From: Flavobacteriales bacterium
Lineage (GTDB): Bacteria; Bacteroidota; Bacteroidia; Flavobacteriales_D; Sanyastnellaceae
Assembly: GCA_036747335.1 (NCBI GenBank)
Contig: DAIOCL010000001.1
Location: forward strand, 11,537 to 75,536
Direction: 5' to 3'
DNA: 64,000 nt
The position numbers were made by a program, and so were the translations under genes. Under the pieces are notes generated by a model that saw only the letters and a list, made by a program, of their open reading frames with translations, was not told the origin of the DNA and did no database searches. Positions within the stretch are counted from its first letter, which is position 1. Each line of letters starts with the position of its first letter. This document shows, one piece after another, positions 36,566 to 47,151 of the stretch.

Positions 36566-38350
36566 TCAGAATGCGAAAGTCCCGCCTCCCAGGGCGGCTG
36601 CCGCGATGTTTCTGCGGCATTGAATGATGTCAATGGGCTCGGTTTTGGTAAACCGGCGGATACCCATCATCATCATGCGCATGGTATCGCCTTCGGCAAT
36701 AGCCGACACGGCTTCTGCACCTGAACGGCCTATCCGTGAAGCAGCATCGTAATAGAGCGCGCGCATCAGTTCGGTCTGAAGCCCGCAATGGTCTGTTCCC
36801 TTTGTTTCGGCCAGTTTCCAGGTTCTCAGCAGGGCGCTCTCTGCGATATACGTCTGTATGACCATATCGGCGATGTTCATAAGCACTTCCTGCTCCTTAT
36901 CGAGCTGCATCATAAATTTTTGAACGGCCGCGCCGGCTGTGAGCAATACAGCTTTTTTGAATCCTGACAGGTAATGCCGGTAAGTTTCAAATACTGATTC
37001 TCCGCCGGAAGGCATTTCGGGGATACTCATCAGTTCGGCAGAAACCCTGAGTGCCGGTGTCATCAGGTCAAGCTCTCCCTTCATGGCTTTTTTGAGCATC
37101 ATGTCTACCATCAGCAGCCTGTTAATTTCGTTGGTTCCTTCAAAAATCCGGTTGATGCGAGCATCGCGGAAGGCCCTTTCTACTCTGGATTCTGCGCTGT
37201 AGCCCATACCGCCATGGATCTGCACGCCCTCATCGACCACATAGTCGAGCACTTCACTCCCGTACACCTTCAGGATGGCACACTCAGGCGCGAACGAGGC
37301 AATGCCCTTCAGCACTGCCTCCCCTTTCTCCATGCCGCCGGCTGCCAGTCCGGCAATGGCATCGTCTATGTGCTGGGTTGCCCGGTAGAGCGCGCTTTCC
37401 AGGCCGTAAACCTGTACAGCCATCGTGGCTATCTTATGGCGAATGGCTCCGTATTTGGCAATGGGACGTCCAAACTGCTGGCGCTCGTTGGCATAGGCAA
37501 TGGAATCGCGGAATGTGGCTTTGGCACCGCCCAAGACGCCGCCCCCGAGTTTGATACGCCCGATATTGAGAATGTTGACCGCTATTTTGAATCCGCCTCC
37601 CCGCTCTCCCAACAAGTTGCCTGAAGGCACACGAACCTGGTTGAAAAAGACCTGGCGTGTCGATGAGCCCTTGATGCCCATTTTCTTTTCCTCCGGGTTG
37701 AGGGTTATGCCGTCCATCGTTTTGTCGACAATAAAGGCCGAAAGGTTTTCATCATTGTCAATCTTGGCAAATACCGTAAATACATCGGCGAAGCCGCCAT
37801 TGGTAATCCACATTTTTTGCCCGTTTAACACGTAGTGTGTGCCGTCTTCGCTGAGAACAGCGCGTGTTTTTCCGCTGTTGGCATCACTGCCGCTATCGGG
37901 CTCCGTGAGGCAATAGCAGCCCTTCCATTCGCCGGTTGCCAATTTGGGAATGTACTTGCGCCGCTATTCGTCCGTGCCATAATAGAGGATGGGGAGGGTA
38001 CCAATGCCGGTGTGGGCGCCGTATGCCACCGAAAAGCTATGACCCGCGCCCAGGGCCTCGGTGCACAACATGGTCGTCTTGAAGTCAAGGCCCATGCCGC
38101 CTAATTCTTCGGGAACCGAAATCGACAGCAGCCCCAGTGCTCCGCTTTTGTCGAGCAGTGCCTGCATAAGTCCATCCTCCTGGTGGTCAATGGCCTCGAG
38201 GCGCGGCGTGATTTCCTGAGCAACAAAATCTTCACAGGTTTTTTTCATCATCAAGAGTTCTTCGGTGAACTCTTCTGGAATGAATACCTCGGATGGCTGT
38301 GAATCCCTGACCAGGAATTCACCTCCGGTAATGGGTTTGGTGGATGTCAT
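36566..38350 (-). pseudogene. acyl-CoA dehydrogenase (about 595 codons) interrupted by an in-frame TAG at 37964-37966
   Basis: Fragments 37964-38350 and 36566-37942 share a frame. Across the junction the sequence reads [37 protein letters not shown]. The ACAD consensus at that position is GT(E/D)EQKxKYLP. Confidence 0.75.
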
Positions 38351-38479
38351 GGGTGTGTTGCGATCTTGGTTTTGCTTGCGGTCACTTCAGCAGTCTGTTG
38401 GCAATGTTACGCGGACTGCTGTTATTTTGTTATGCATGCTTAGTTAAATTTTCATATCCATTCGCAGGCTCAGTGCGCC

Positions 38480-39655
38480 TCAGAGCCGTTCGTATATCCC
38501 TGCGGCGCCCTGCCCGGTTCCCACGCACATGGTGACCATACCATATCGCCCATTGCGGCGGCGCAGTTCGTTAAAAAGCTGCACAGACAGCTTGGCGCCG
38601 GTGCACCCAAGGGGATGTCCGAGGGCAATAGCGCCTCCGTTGACATTGACGATACCGGGATCCAGCCCGAGGGTTTGCATGACTGCCACCGCCTGTGATG
38701 CGAAGGCCTCGTTGAGTTCGATGAGTCCGACGTCACCGGCCGAGAGTCCGGCGCGGCGGAGAGCGGCGGGTATGGCATGCACAGGGCCGACGCCCATAAT
38801 TCTCGGCTCCAGCGCGGCCACATGGTAGGCAACCAGGCGTGCGATGGGTTTTTCGTTGAGCTCCCTGAGCATCTTCTCGCTGACGATCATGACAAAGGCG
38901 GCTCCGTCGCTGGTCTGGGAAGAATTGCCGGCGGTTACCGTGCCATTTGCGTCAAACACCGGTTTCAGTTTTGCCAGTGCTTCGGGCGAAGTATCGTGCC
39001 TCGGTCCTTCATCGGTGGCGACGGTATAGCTGCGTTCCGTGCGCCGCTCCGCTTCATCAAGAAAAACCTCCCTGACTTCGACCGGAACGATTTCTTCGGA
39101 GAACTTGCCTGACGCGATGGCGGCGAGGGCCTTACGGTGCGAGTCAAGGGCAAAGGCATCCTGGGCTTCGCGGCTCACCTTGTATTCGGCTGCCACGGCT
39201 TCTGCAGTGAGGCCCATACTCCAGTACCATTCGGGGTGGGTACGGATTACGGCGGGATTAGGCACAATACGCCATCCTCCAAACGGAATCGGCGACATGG
39301 TTTCCACCCCGCCTGCGATGATGCAGTCGGCCAGACCCGCGTGAATCTTCGCCGATGCGATCGCGATGGTTTCCAGTCCGCTGGCACAATAGCGGTTTAT
39401 GGTCATGCCGGGCACCTTGACCGTATCGAGCCCCATCAGCGCAATCATGCGGCCTATGTTGAGTCCCTGTTCAGCCTCGGGGGTTGCGTTGCCGACCATC
39501 ACATCATCGATACGTGCCGGATCGAGACCGGGCACATCGGACACAAGGTTTCTTACCACGGCAGCCCCGAGTTCGTCTGGGCGGTAAAACCTGAAGAGGC
39601 CACGCGGGGCCTTGCCGACAGCAGTGCGTTTTGCGCGTATTATATAAGCGTTCAT
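38480..39655 (-). CDS. fadA: acetyl-CoA C-acyltransferase (3-ketoacyl-CoA thiolase)
   Basis: Active-site region NRYCASGLE. C-terminal NVNGGAIALGHPLGCTGA and MCVGTGQG motifs. Confidence 0.9.
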   Translation of the reverse strand: MNAYIIRAKRTAVGKAPRGLFRFYRPDELGAAVVRNLVSDVPGLDPARIDDVMVGNATPEAEQGLNIGRMIALMGLDTVKVPGMTINRYCASGLETIAIASAKIHAGLADCIIAGGVETMSPIPFGGWRIVPNPAVIRTHPEWYWSMGLTAEAVAAEYKVSREAQDAFALDSHRKALAAIASGKFSEEIVPVEVREVFLDEAERRTERSYTVATDEGPRHDTSPEALAKLKPVFDANGTVTAGNSSQTSDGAAFVMIVSEKMLRELNEKPIARLVAYHVAALEPRIMGVGPVHAIPAALRRAGLSAGDVGLIELNEAFASQAVAVMQTLGLDPGIVNVNGGAIALGHPLGCTGAKLSVQLFNELRRRNGRYGMVTMCVGTGQGAAGIYERL

Positions 39656-39719
39656 GTACGTGAGTTTTGATTATAGCCGGCTGAAATATGCCCGTGCGTA
39701 TGAGCGCGTGCAACGGTCA

Positions 39720-42125
39720 TCAGTTCCTGAGTATTTTTCCGGTAGTCACCAGGCTTTGCATTCTTTCGAGTGTTTTGCGCTGCATGCACAACTCCAGGAA
39801 GGCCTTGCGCTCGAGGTCGAGCAGGTAGGCTTCGCTGACGCGTGTAGGGGCACTCAGGTCTCCACCGGCCAGCACAAATCCGAGCTTTTCGCTGATGAGC
39901 TGGTCATGCGCACTGATAAAATTTCCGCTGCGCATGGCATTGGCTCCGCCGTAGACGATACCCAATGCTTCATTGCCCAGCACGGTGATGTCTTTGCGCG
40001 GCACCGGCTGGGTGTAGCCGCCATTGGCCAGCTCAAGACAGGCCTCTTTGGCGCGCGCCAGCTGAAGATCCCTGCTCATGATTACCTCATCGACACCCGG
40101 CCGGAGGTAACCGAGATCGAAAGCCTCCCAGGCAGAGGTGGAAACCTTGGCCTGGGCAATGGTGAGAAAACGGTTTCTGAAGGTATTTAGGCGGATGTCT
40201 CCTTCGCGCAATTCGTCGCTGATGCGCAGGGCAAATTCTTTGGTACCGGCGCCACCGGGAATAATGCCTACACCAAATTCTACCAGGCCCATATAGAGTT
40301 CGGCATGGGCCACCACCTTGTCGACGTGCAGGTTCAGTTCGCAGCCTCCACCCAGTGCCAGGTTATGGGGGGCACCCACCACGGGCACCGCTGAGTAACG
40401 CATGCGCATGACCACCTGCTGAAAGGCCCGCACTGCTACATCCACCTCTTCCATTTCCTGCTCGGCTGCCAGCATGAAGATGAGTCCGACGTTGGCTCCG
40501 GCAGAAAAATTCTCACCATCGTTGTAGAGTACCAATCCGCGATAGTCGCGCTCGGCCAGGTCCAGAGCCTTGTTTAACCCTTCAATGACCTCACCGCCGA
40601 TGGTATTCATCTTGGTTTGCCAGCTGCAGCAGAGTATACCATCGCCCAGGTGGCGCACCTTGACGGCGGCATTTTGCCAAACCACTGATGACGCAGGCAA
40701 CTGGGCGAGCACCAGTTGTGCTTCCGGGGCGGGTACCTGCCGGTATGATTTCGACGCAGGGTCGTAACAGCGTTTTTTGCCGTTTTCGATCTTGTAGAAA
40801 GATGCAATACCGGCCGCCGCCATGTCAGACACCCATGACGCCGTGGTGTGTCCTGCAGCAGAAGCCGCAGCGTTTCCTGCCTCCAACCCGACGAGATCCC
40901 AGTATTCAAACGGTCCCCATTTCCAGCCAAAGCCGGCTTTCATAGCCTCATCGATACTATATATATGGTCGCTGATTTCGGGTATGCGGTGGCTGACATA
41001 GGCAAAGAGACCGCCGAAGGACTGGCGGTAAAAATCACCGGCCTTGTCTGTTGCCTGAAAAAGCATCTGGAAACGTGCTTCATCATTTTCGAGTGCGCGC
41101 GCCTGGTCGAGGGAAGGGATACGCACCTTCTTTTTTTCTCCGTATTCCAATGTGACCAGGTCAAGAGCGAGGATTTCGCTTTCACCGTTTTCCTTTCTGA
41201 CTTTTTTATAAAAACCCTGTTTGGTTTTATCACCCAGCCAGCGGCGGTTGATCATTTCGGAGAGGAAAGGAGGAATTTCAAAAGCAGCCGATGCTTCGTC
41301 TGCCGGGCAATTGTCGCGCACGCCGTTGGCCACATGCACCAGCGTAGCGAGGCCAACCACATCACAGGTGCGGAAGGTGGCGCGCTTGGGTCGGCCAATG
41401 AGCGGACCGGTGAGCTGGTCCACTTCGTCAATGGTCAGTCCGGAAGCCACTACCTGATGGAAAAGCGCCTGTATGCCGTAAACCCCGATGCGGTTGGCGA
41501 TGAATGCGGGGGTATCCTTACAGCGTACCACGGTCTTGCCCAACCAGCGTTGTCCGTAGTCTTCCATGAAGGCGATTACTTCAGGCAGCGTGTCGGGGCC
41601 GGGAATCACCTCCAGCAAGCGCAGATAGCGCGGGGGATTGAAGAAGTGCGTTCCGAAAAAGTGTTGTCTGAAATCTTCGCTGCGCCCTGATGCGAGCAAC
41701 TTCACCGGTATGCCCGAAGTGTTGGTGGTAATAAGGCTCCCGGGTTTTCTCACCTTTTCGACTGCCTCAAACAGCTGTTGTTTGATGTCGGGGCGCTCCA
41801 CCACGGCTTCCAGGATCCAGTCGCATGTAGAAAGCAGCGCCATATCGTCTTGGAAGTTTCCGGTGGTGATTCGCGATGCCCATGCTTTGCGGTACAGCGG
41901 CGCAGGAGAGGAGCGGATGGCAGCGTCAAGCGCCTCATTGACGATTCGGTTGCGCACCTGCTTGTCGTTGAGGGTCTTTCCTGCCGCGGCTTCCTTTTCG
42001 CCGGGCTTGTCAGGAACGATGTCGAGCAATACGACGCGCAGGCCGGCATTGGCGAAATGACAGGCAATGCGGGAGCCCATAACTCCGGAACCGAGGACTG
42101 CCACCTGGGTGATGGTTCTTTTCAT
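39720..42125 (-). CDS. bifunctional 3-hydroxyacyl-CoA dehydrogenase / enoyl-CoA hydratase
   Basis: N-terminal Rossmann motif VAVLGSGVMGSRIA. C-terminal crotonase motifs FSAGAN, GGGCEL and GIIPGGAGT. The domain order is reversed relative to E. coli FadB. Confidence 0.9.
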   Translation of the reverse strand: MKRTITQVAVLGSGVMGSRIACHFANAGLRVVLLDIVPDKPGEKEAAAGKTLNDKQVRNRIVNEALDAAIRSSPAPLYRKAWASRITTGNFQDDMALLSTCDWILEAVVERPDIKQQLFEAVEKVRKPGSLITTNTSGIPVKLLASGRSEDFRQHFFGTHFFNPPRYLRLLEVIPGPDTLPEVIAFMEDYGQRWLGKTVVRCKDTPAFIANRIGVYGIQALFHQVVASGLTIDEVDQLTGPLIGRPKRATFRTCDVVGLATLVHVANGVRDNCPADEASAAFEIPPFLSEMINRRWLGDKTKQGFYKKVRKENGESEILALDLVTLEYGEKKKVRIPSLDQARALENDEARFQMLFQATDKAGDFYRQSFGGLFAYVSHRIPEISDHIYSIDEAMKAGFGWKWGPFEYWDLVGLEAGNAAASAAGHTTASWVSDMAAAGIASFYKIENGKKRCYDPASKSYRQVPAPEAQLVLAQLPASSVVWQNAAVKVRHLGDGILCCSWQTKMNTIGGEVIEGLNKALDLAERDYRGLVLYNDGENFSAGANVGLIFMLAAEQEMEEVDVAVRAFQQVVMRMRYSAVPVVGAPHNLALGGGCELNLHVDKVVAHAELYMGLVEFGVGIIPGGAGTKEFALRISDELREGDIRLNTFRNRFLTIAQAKVSTSAWEAFDLGYLRPGVDEVIMSRDLQLARAKEACLELANGGYTQPVPRKDITVLGNEALGIVYGGANAMRSGNFISAHDQLISEKLGFVLAGGDLSAPTRVSEAYLLDLERKAFLELCMQRKTLERMQSLVTTGKILRN

Positions 42126-42144
42126 GCGGTTTGATTGATCTTGT

Positions 42145-42597
42145 TTATGTTTTTTTTACCTGCCGGCCAAAGATGTCGTCTTGCTCCATGATGCGGTTAA
42201 TCTTTTGTATCACCTGAAAAAACTGGTCGAGCTGTGCGGCCGGAATGCGGCTTGCGAGGTATTCATTGAACCGTATGACCTTTTCTCTTGCCCTTTCGCG
42301 CATGGATCTCCCCTTTCGCGTCAGTTTGACCAGAACCACGCGGCGGTCACCTTCCCGGGCTACACGCACGATAAGTCCGTTTTGTTCCATGGATTTGAGA
42401 ATACGGGTGAGTCCGGTGGGTTCCATACCCATCTTCGGACCCAGTTTGGTGGCCGGAGTTCCTTCTTTGTCGATGCTCAGGAGTACATAGGCAATGGCCA
42501 TGGTGGAGTCATAATGGGCAGCCTCGGCATTATAGAGTTTGGAAATTTTGGCCCATGCCCATCGTATGTGGAAATCAACGGTCTCTTCGGGCTTCAT
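42145..42597 (-). CDS. MarR family transcriptional regulator
   Basis: 150 aa with a winged-HTH core (GTPATKLGPKMGMEPTGLTRILKSMEQNGLIVR...DRRVVLVKLT). First gene of the beta-oxidation operon. Confidence 0.85.
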   Translation of the reverse strand: MKPEETVDFHIRWAWAKISKLYNAEAAHYDSTMAIAYVLLSIDKEGTPATKLGPKMGMEPTGLTRILKSMEQNGLIVRVAREGDRRVVLVKLTRKGRSMRERAREKVIRFNEYLASRIPAAQLDQFFQVIQKINRIMEQDDIFGRQVKKT

Positions 42598-42696
42598 GCG
42601 GTGACGATTCAGTGGCTCCTAAAGTACAACCGGGTCACGGGTGCCCGCAAACAAATTGGCAAAGGTTGAAAGCAGCTGAAGACAACCCCATGAGCA

Positions 42697-43347
42697 TCAG
42701 GCCAGCAAGCCGTCTTGCATCACCAACTTCCTGTCTGCCAATGCAGCGAGTTCTTCGTTGTGCGTGACAATAACAAAGGTCTGCCCGAAAGTGTCGCGCA
42801 GGTTGAAAAACAACTGATGCAGTTCGCGGGCCCTGGCGGAATCAAGATTGCCGGAGGGCTCGTCGGCGAGAATGACATCGGGGTTGTTCATCAGCGCCCG
42901 GGCCACCGAAACGCGCTGCTGTTCGCCGCCGCTGAGCTGAGCCGGCTTATGTTCCATCCGGTCTGCCAGTCCTAAGAAACCGAGCAATTCACCGGCGCGC
43001 TTCTCCGCCTCTGACCGGCTTTTGCGCGCAATAAATGCAGGAATGCACACATTTTCCAGCGACGTAAATTCCGGCAGCAGGTTATGGAACTGAATGATGA
43101 AACCAATGTGTTTGTTTCTGAACCTGGCCAGGCCCGAGGCTGACTGGGCGAATACGTCGGTGCCGTCAAATTCGAGGCGGCCGCTATCGGGATAGTCGAG
43201 GGTACCGAGGATGTGCAGCAGGGTGCTTTTGCCGGCACCGCTGGCCCCGACAACCGACACCACTTCACCCCTGCCCACCGCAAGATCAACGCCCCGCACC
43301 ACCTGCAGGCTGCCATACGCTTTCTTGATTCCCGTAGCCTTGATCAT
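42697..43347 (-). CDS. ABC transporter ATP-binding protein (LolD/FtsE-like)
   Basis: Walker [10 protein letters not shown], signature LSGGEQQRV, Walker B ILADEP. 216 aa. Confidence 0.9.
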   Translation of the reverse strand: MIKATGIKKAYGSLQVVRGVDLAVGRGEVVSVVGASGAGKSTLLHILGTLDYPDSGRLEFDGTDVFAQSASGLARFRNKHIGFIIQFHNLLPEFTSLENVCIPAFIARKSRSEAEKRAGELLGFLGLADRMEHKPAQLSGGEQQRVSVARALMNNPDVILADEPSGNLDSARARELHQLFFNLRDTFGQTFVIVTHNEELAALADRKLVMQDGLLA

Positions 43348-43429
43348 TTCTGATACTTCACTGATTGCCCTGCAAATAACGCACAGGGTGTCAAAAAAAA
43401 CACCATGCCATTTGCACCCCGGGTAATTC

Positions 43430-43437
43430 TATCTTCG
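43430..43437 (+). promoter_or_regulatory. putative -7 promoter box TATCTTCG upstream of sucC
   Basis: One mismatch to TAnnTTTG, 19 nt upstream of the ATG at 43456. Confidence 0.3.
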
Positions 43438-43455
43438 CGCGACATTTTTATCGCT

Positions 43456-44667
43456 ATGAATATTCACGAATACCAAGGCAAATCCATCCTCGCATCCTTC
43501 GGGGTGCCCATTCAGCGTGGCGTTGTAGCCGCCACTCCGGAAGCAGCGCTGGAAGGGGCGCGGCAATTGCAGGCAGAAACAGGAACCGGCTGGTTTGTTT
43601 TGAAAGCCCAGATCCATGCAGGGGGACGTGGAAAAGGAACCATTACCGAAACCGGCTCCCGCGGTGTTGTGCTGGCCAAATCGCTGGATGAAGTGCCCCT
43701 GAAGGCCCGTGATATTCTGGGCGGACACCTGGTGACCCTGCAGACCAAGGCTTCGGGGAAAAAAGTCAACAAGATCTATATCGCTGAAGACGTATATGGG
43801 CCGGGTGCTTCAGCACCCAAGGAATTCTATATGTCGGTACTGCTCGACCGCGCCATCAGCCGCGTGGTAGTGGTGTACTCTCCCGACGGCGGGATGAACA
43901 TTGAGGAGGTAGCGCACAACACACCCGAACGCATTTTCAGGGAAACCATTGATCCGCTGACCGGGCTCACGGATTTTCAGGCGAGAAAAATTGCCTTCAA
44001 CCTCGGTCTGGGAGGAACGGCTTTCAAGAACATGATCGGCTTCGTGAAAAAACTCTACAAAGCCTATGTTTCCATCGATGCTTCCCTGTTTGAGATCAAT
44101 CCCGTGCTGAAAACATCCGACGACCGGGTGATCGCGGTGGACGCCAAGGTAAGTCTCGACGGCAACGGTCTCGACCGCCATCCCGATTATGCGGCCATGC
44201 GCGATACGTCGGAAGAGGATCCCATTGAAGTGGAAGCTTCCAATGCCGAACTGAACTACGTAAAACTCGAAGGCAACGTAGGTTGTATGGTGAACGGTGC
44301 AGGGCTGGCCATGGCTACCATGGACATCATTAAACTCAGTGGCGGAGAACCAGCCAACTTTTTGGATGTGGGAGGAACGGCAGATGCGAAAAGGGTGGAA
44401 ACCGCATTCAGGATAATCCTGCGCGACACAGCGGTGAAGGCCATTCTCGTCAACATTTTCGGTGGAATCGTGCGCTGCGACCGTGTGGCACAGGGTATAG
44501 TGGATGCCTACCGGAATATCGGAGAAATACCCGTGCCCATCATCGTACGTCTGCAGGGAACCAATGCGCGTGAAGCCAAGGAATTGCTCGATGCTTCGGG
44601 ACTCAAAGTACATAGCGTGATTACCCTGCAGGAAGCGGCAGACAAGGTGAGCGCCGTGCTCAAATAA
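43456..44667 (+). CDS. sucC: succinate--CoA ligase (ADP-forming) beta subunit
   Basis: I chose the internal ATG. Starts MNIHEYQGKSILASFGVP. Also has KAQIHAGGRGKG and GCMVNGAGLAMATMD motifs. Confidence 0.95.
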   Translation: MNIHEYQGKSILASFGVPIQRGVVAATPEAALEGARQLQAETGTGWFVLKAQIHAGGRGKGTITETGSRGVVLAKSLDEVPLKARDILGGHLVTLQTKASGKKVNKIYIAEDVYGPGASAPKEFYMSVLLDRAISRVVVVYSPDGGMNIEEVAHNTPERIFRETIDPLTGLTDFQARKIAFNLGLGGTAFKNMIGFVKKLYKAYVSIDASLFEINPVLKTSDDRVIAVDAKVSLDGNGLDRHPDYAAMRDTSEEDPIEVEASNAELNYVKLEGNVGCMVNGAGLAMATMDIIKLSGGEPANFLDVGGTADAKRVETAFRIILRDTAVKAILVNIFGGIVRCDRVAQGIVDAYRNIGEIPVPIIVRLQGTNAREAKELLDASGLKVHSVITLQEAADKVSAVLK

Positions 44668-44680
44668 TGACATTCCGGGA

Positions 44681-45244
44681 ATGCGGATTCTGGTAGTAGA
44701 CAACTACGACAGTTTTACCTATAACCTCGTGCATGCGCTGACCTGTCACGCAGGTGTCGATGTGGTTGTCGAACGAAACGATGCGGTTCGCTTAGACCTG
44801 GTTTCCGGATATGACGGTATTGTGCTGTCGCCGGGACCTGGTATACCGGAAGAATCGGGTCAGTGTCTCGGTATCATTCATCAGTTTGCGGAAACCAAAA
44901 AAATACTGGGCGTATGTCTCGGCCATCAGGCCATTGCGGTGGCAATGGGAGGCCAGCTGAAAAATCTTGCATCGGTCAAACACGGCATTGCCACCACCGC
45001 ACATCAGACGAGGCACGATGTGCTGTTTGAAGGAATTGAAGACGCCTTTCAGATCGGGCATTATCACAGTTGGGTGGTGGCGGAACCACTGCCCACCTGC
45101 CTTGAGGTGCTTTCCATCGATGACGATGGCGAGGTGATGGCCATGAGGCACACTGAATTCAATCTCTGCGGTGTTCAGTTTCATCCCGAAAGTATCCTGA
45201 CGCCTGCAGGTGCCACCTTGCTGGGCAACTGGCTGAGGAGGTAA
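44681..45244 (+). CDS. class I glutamine amidotransferase, anthranilate/aminodeoxychorismate synthase component II
   Basis: Starts MRILVVDNYDSFTYNL. Has the GVCLGHQ nucleophile elbow and FHPES. Confidence 0.9.
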   Translation: MRILVVDNYDSFTYNLVHALTCHAGVDVVVERNDAVRLDLVSGYDGIVLSPGPGIPEESGQCLGIIHQFAETKKILGVCLGHQAIAVAMGGQLKNLASVKHGIATTAHQTRHDVLFEGIEDAFQIGHYHSWVVAEPLPTCLEVLSIDDDGEVMAMRHTEFNLCGVQFHPESILTPAGATLLGNWLRR

Positions 45245-45361
45245 TGCCTGGTGGACACTTTTAGCCGTGATGCTGATGTGGTTATGACGAGGGCAAGGCT
45301 TCCTGAGTCCCTGGCTGGTTAACATCAACCCGTATGGCTTTTCGCGAACACAAACCCGTTA

Positions 45362-46081
45362 CTACCTATTCAACCATTTTTTAAAACGTCCGATCCGGTC
45401 AATCGACACCAGAATAACATCATTGTTATCCGGCTCTGGTTTAATATGAACCCTTAATCTTGATTGAGAAATCTGGTTTATTTTCACAATTGATGATATC
45501 GAAATCAAATAGTTGCGGTTTATTCTCAGAAAATCGTTGGGATTCAGTTCTTCTTCCAAAGCGACTAACGTATCTTCCAGTAAATATCTTTTTCCATTGA
45601 AACCTACTGCCATCGTGTATTTGTTTTCATAAACAAAATAACTAATGTCTTTGGTAAAGACAATGGCATAGGATGTACCTAACTTAATTAGAAATTTTTC
45701 CTTATGCCCTTTTGGCAGATTACTTTCGTTGAACTGGGTGTACTTGATCAGACTTTTTTCCAGCTTTTCCCGGGTGATTGGTTTGATAAGATAATCAATC
45801 GTATTTAGCGCAAATGAATTTATTGCATATTCCGAATAAGCTGTTGTGATGATAATTTTTGACTTGATTAGTTTATCTTCAAAATAAGACAAGCTGTTCA
45901 CCTCATGCATGTTAACGTCCAGGAAAATGAGATCCGGCTCATTGTATTTAAGATATTCCAAAGCCTCATGGATGGTCGCTATAGTCTTCTCCACTTTGAC
46001 ATTATAATCTAAGGAGCTAATAATCATTTTGAGTTGATCTGAAACCAACTGTTCGTCTTCAATAATGATGGCCCGTATCAT
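45362..46081 (-). CDS. LytTR-family response regulator (REC + LytTR DNA-binding domain)
   Basis: REC motifs (IIEDE, DLIFLDVNM). C-terminal LytTR motifs (FLRINRNYLISI). Its start overlaps the kinase stop by 1 nt. Confidence 0.9.
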   Translation of the reverse strand: MIRAIIIEDEQLVSDQLKMIISSLDYNVKVEKTIATIHEALEYLKYNEPDLIFLDVNMHEVNSLSYFEDKLIKSKIIITTAYSEYAINSFALNTIDYLIKPITREKLEKSLIKYTQFNESNLPKGHKEKFLIKLGTSYAIVFTKDISYFVYENKYTMAVGFNGKRYLLEDTLVALEEELNPNDFLRINRNYLISISSIVKINQISQSRLRVHIKPEPDNNDVILVSIDRIGRFKKWLNR

Positions 46082-47151
46082 CAGTAAACCGTGATTAAGT
46101 GAATTTTTACACTAAACAAATTATTTTCAATTTTGTATTCCGGCTCTGGATATTCCAATAGCTCAAATTGTTTCGCCAGGTTCTCTTTTCCCGTGCCTCC
46201 ATTGCTTTTTGCTTTATTTATGACAGGGTTAAAAGAGTTTGAAACTGTAATAATGTCATTTTCTCGACTGATACTTATAACTAAGGGACTATCAACACTA
46301 AACATATTGTGTTTTACTGCATTTTCAATTAACGAAAGCAGCGTTAACGGGGGCAAATAGTAGTCGGTTGTCTGCATGTCACCAATCACATTTACTTTTA
46401 TGGCATCGGGATATCTCATCATCATCAATTGCACATAAGAATCTGAATTGGCATATTCCTCTTGAAGGGTAATAACGAGCTCGTCATCTTTATGTATAGA
46501 AGAACGGTAAATATTTGCCAGGTGAATAACGAATTTCTCGGCTTTTTCCGGCGATTTTTGAATCAACCCAAGAAGAGATGAAAATGAATTAAAAAGGAAA
46601 TGAGGACTAAGTTGCTTCTTCAGCGTGATTTGATGAAACTTATTTCGTTCATATTCAATATCTGATATGGTACTTCTTAATCTTTGTTCCGTGATTACTT
46701 TTACAAGAAGATTTTCAATCAGAAAAATTGTTCCAAAGGTGGTAGTGACGATTAATAAGTACAGAAAAAAATTAGCGTTTAAGAAAGCCTCATTATCTTC
46801 ATCATTCATCAGAAAGAACCATATTGACCTTACCGAGAGCGAAATCAAAACTGAAACCAGCAGAAATCCAAGAATAATGGTAGTTTTCAGATTCGTGATT
46901 CTGGGTTTAAAGTATGAGTTCATCATCTCAGAAGCACTAATAATCCATCTATGGCACAAGAGGAGAATCAATAAGCCTATACTCGTTGTTGGAATAAACA
47001 CCAACGCGTCTGCTATTGCCTCTTGGATGCTCGTGTCATTAACAAGATCAATAATAAAATTATAGACCACCAGAAGTAATAAAAGCGCACTATAAATAAG
47101 CCATCTTGTCTTCCTTACTTCATTGAATAAGTATCGTTTTTTCTGATACAT
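46081..47151 (-). CDS. LytS-type sensor histidine kinase (multi-TM input, His_kinase + HATPase_c)
   Basis: About 5-6 TM segments with short loops. LSPHFLFNSFSSL is the phospho-acceptor region of the LytS/YehU type. NAVKHN is the N-box. Confidence 0.85.
   Translation of the reverse strand: MYQKKRYLFNEVRKTRWLIYSALLLLLVVYNFIIDLVNDTSIQEAIADALVFIPTTSIGLLILLLCHRWIISASEMMNSYFKPRITNLKTTIILGFLLVSVLISLSVRSIWFFLMNDEDNEAFLNANFFLYLLIVTTTFGTIFLIENLLVKVITEQRLRSTISDIEYERNKFHQITLKKQLSPHFLFNSFSSLLGLIQKSPEKAEKFVIHLANIYRSSIHKDDELVITLQEEYANSDSYVQLMMMRYPDAIKVNVIGDMQTTDYYLPPLTLLSLIENAVKHNMFSVDSPLVISISRENDIITVSNSFNPVINKAKSNGGTGKENLAKQFELLEYPEPEYKIENNLFSVKIHLITVY

Noticed and set aside
42697-43347. ABC ATPase as the missing ccmA.
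   Set aside because: It lies 28 kb from the ccm cluster. Its sequence looks LolD/FtsE-like ([18 protein letters not shown], NxxDS tail). Function cannot be assigned without its permease context.
45245-45361. Direct or inverted repeats flanking the AT-rich island (for example GCCTGGTGG near 45247 versus GCCTGGATGG near 50583, and AAACCCGTT versus AAACCCACCGTT).
   Set aside because: The matches are short and imperfect and are not positioned symmetrically at the compositional boundaries. They are indistinguishable from chance by eye.
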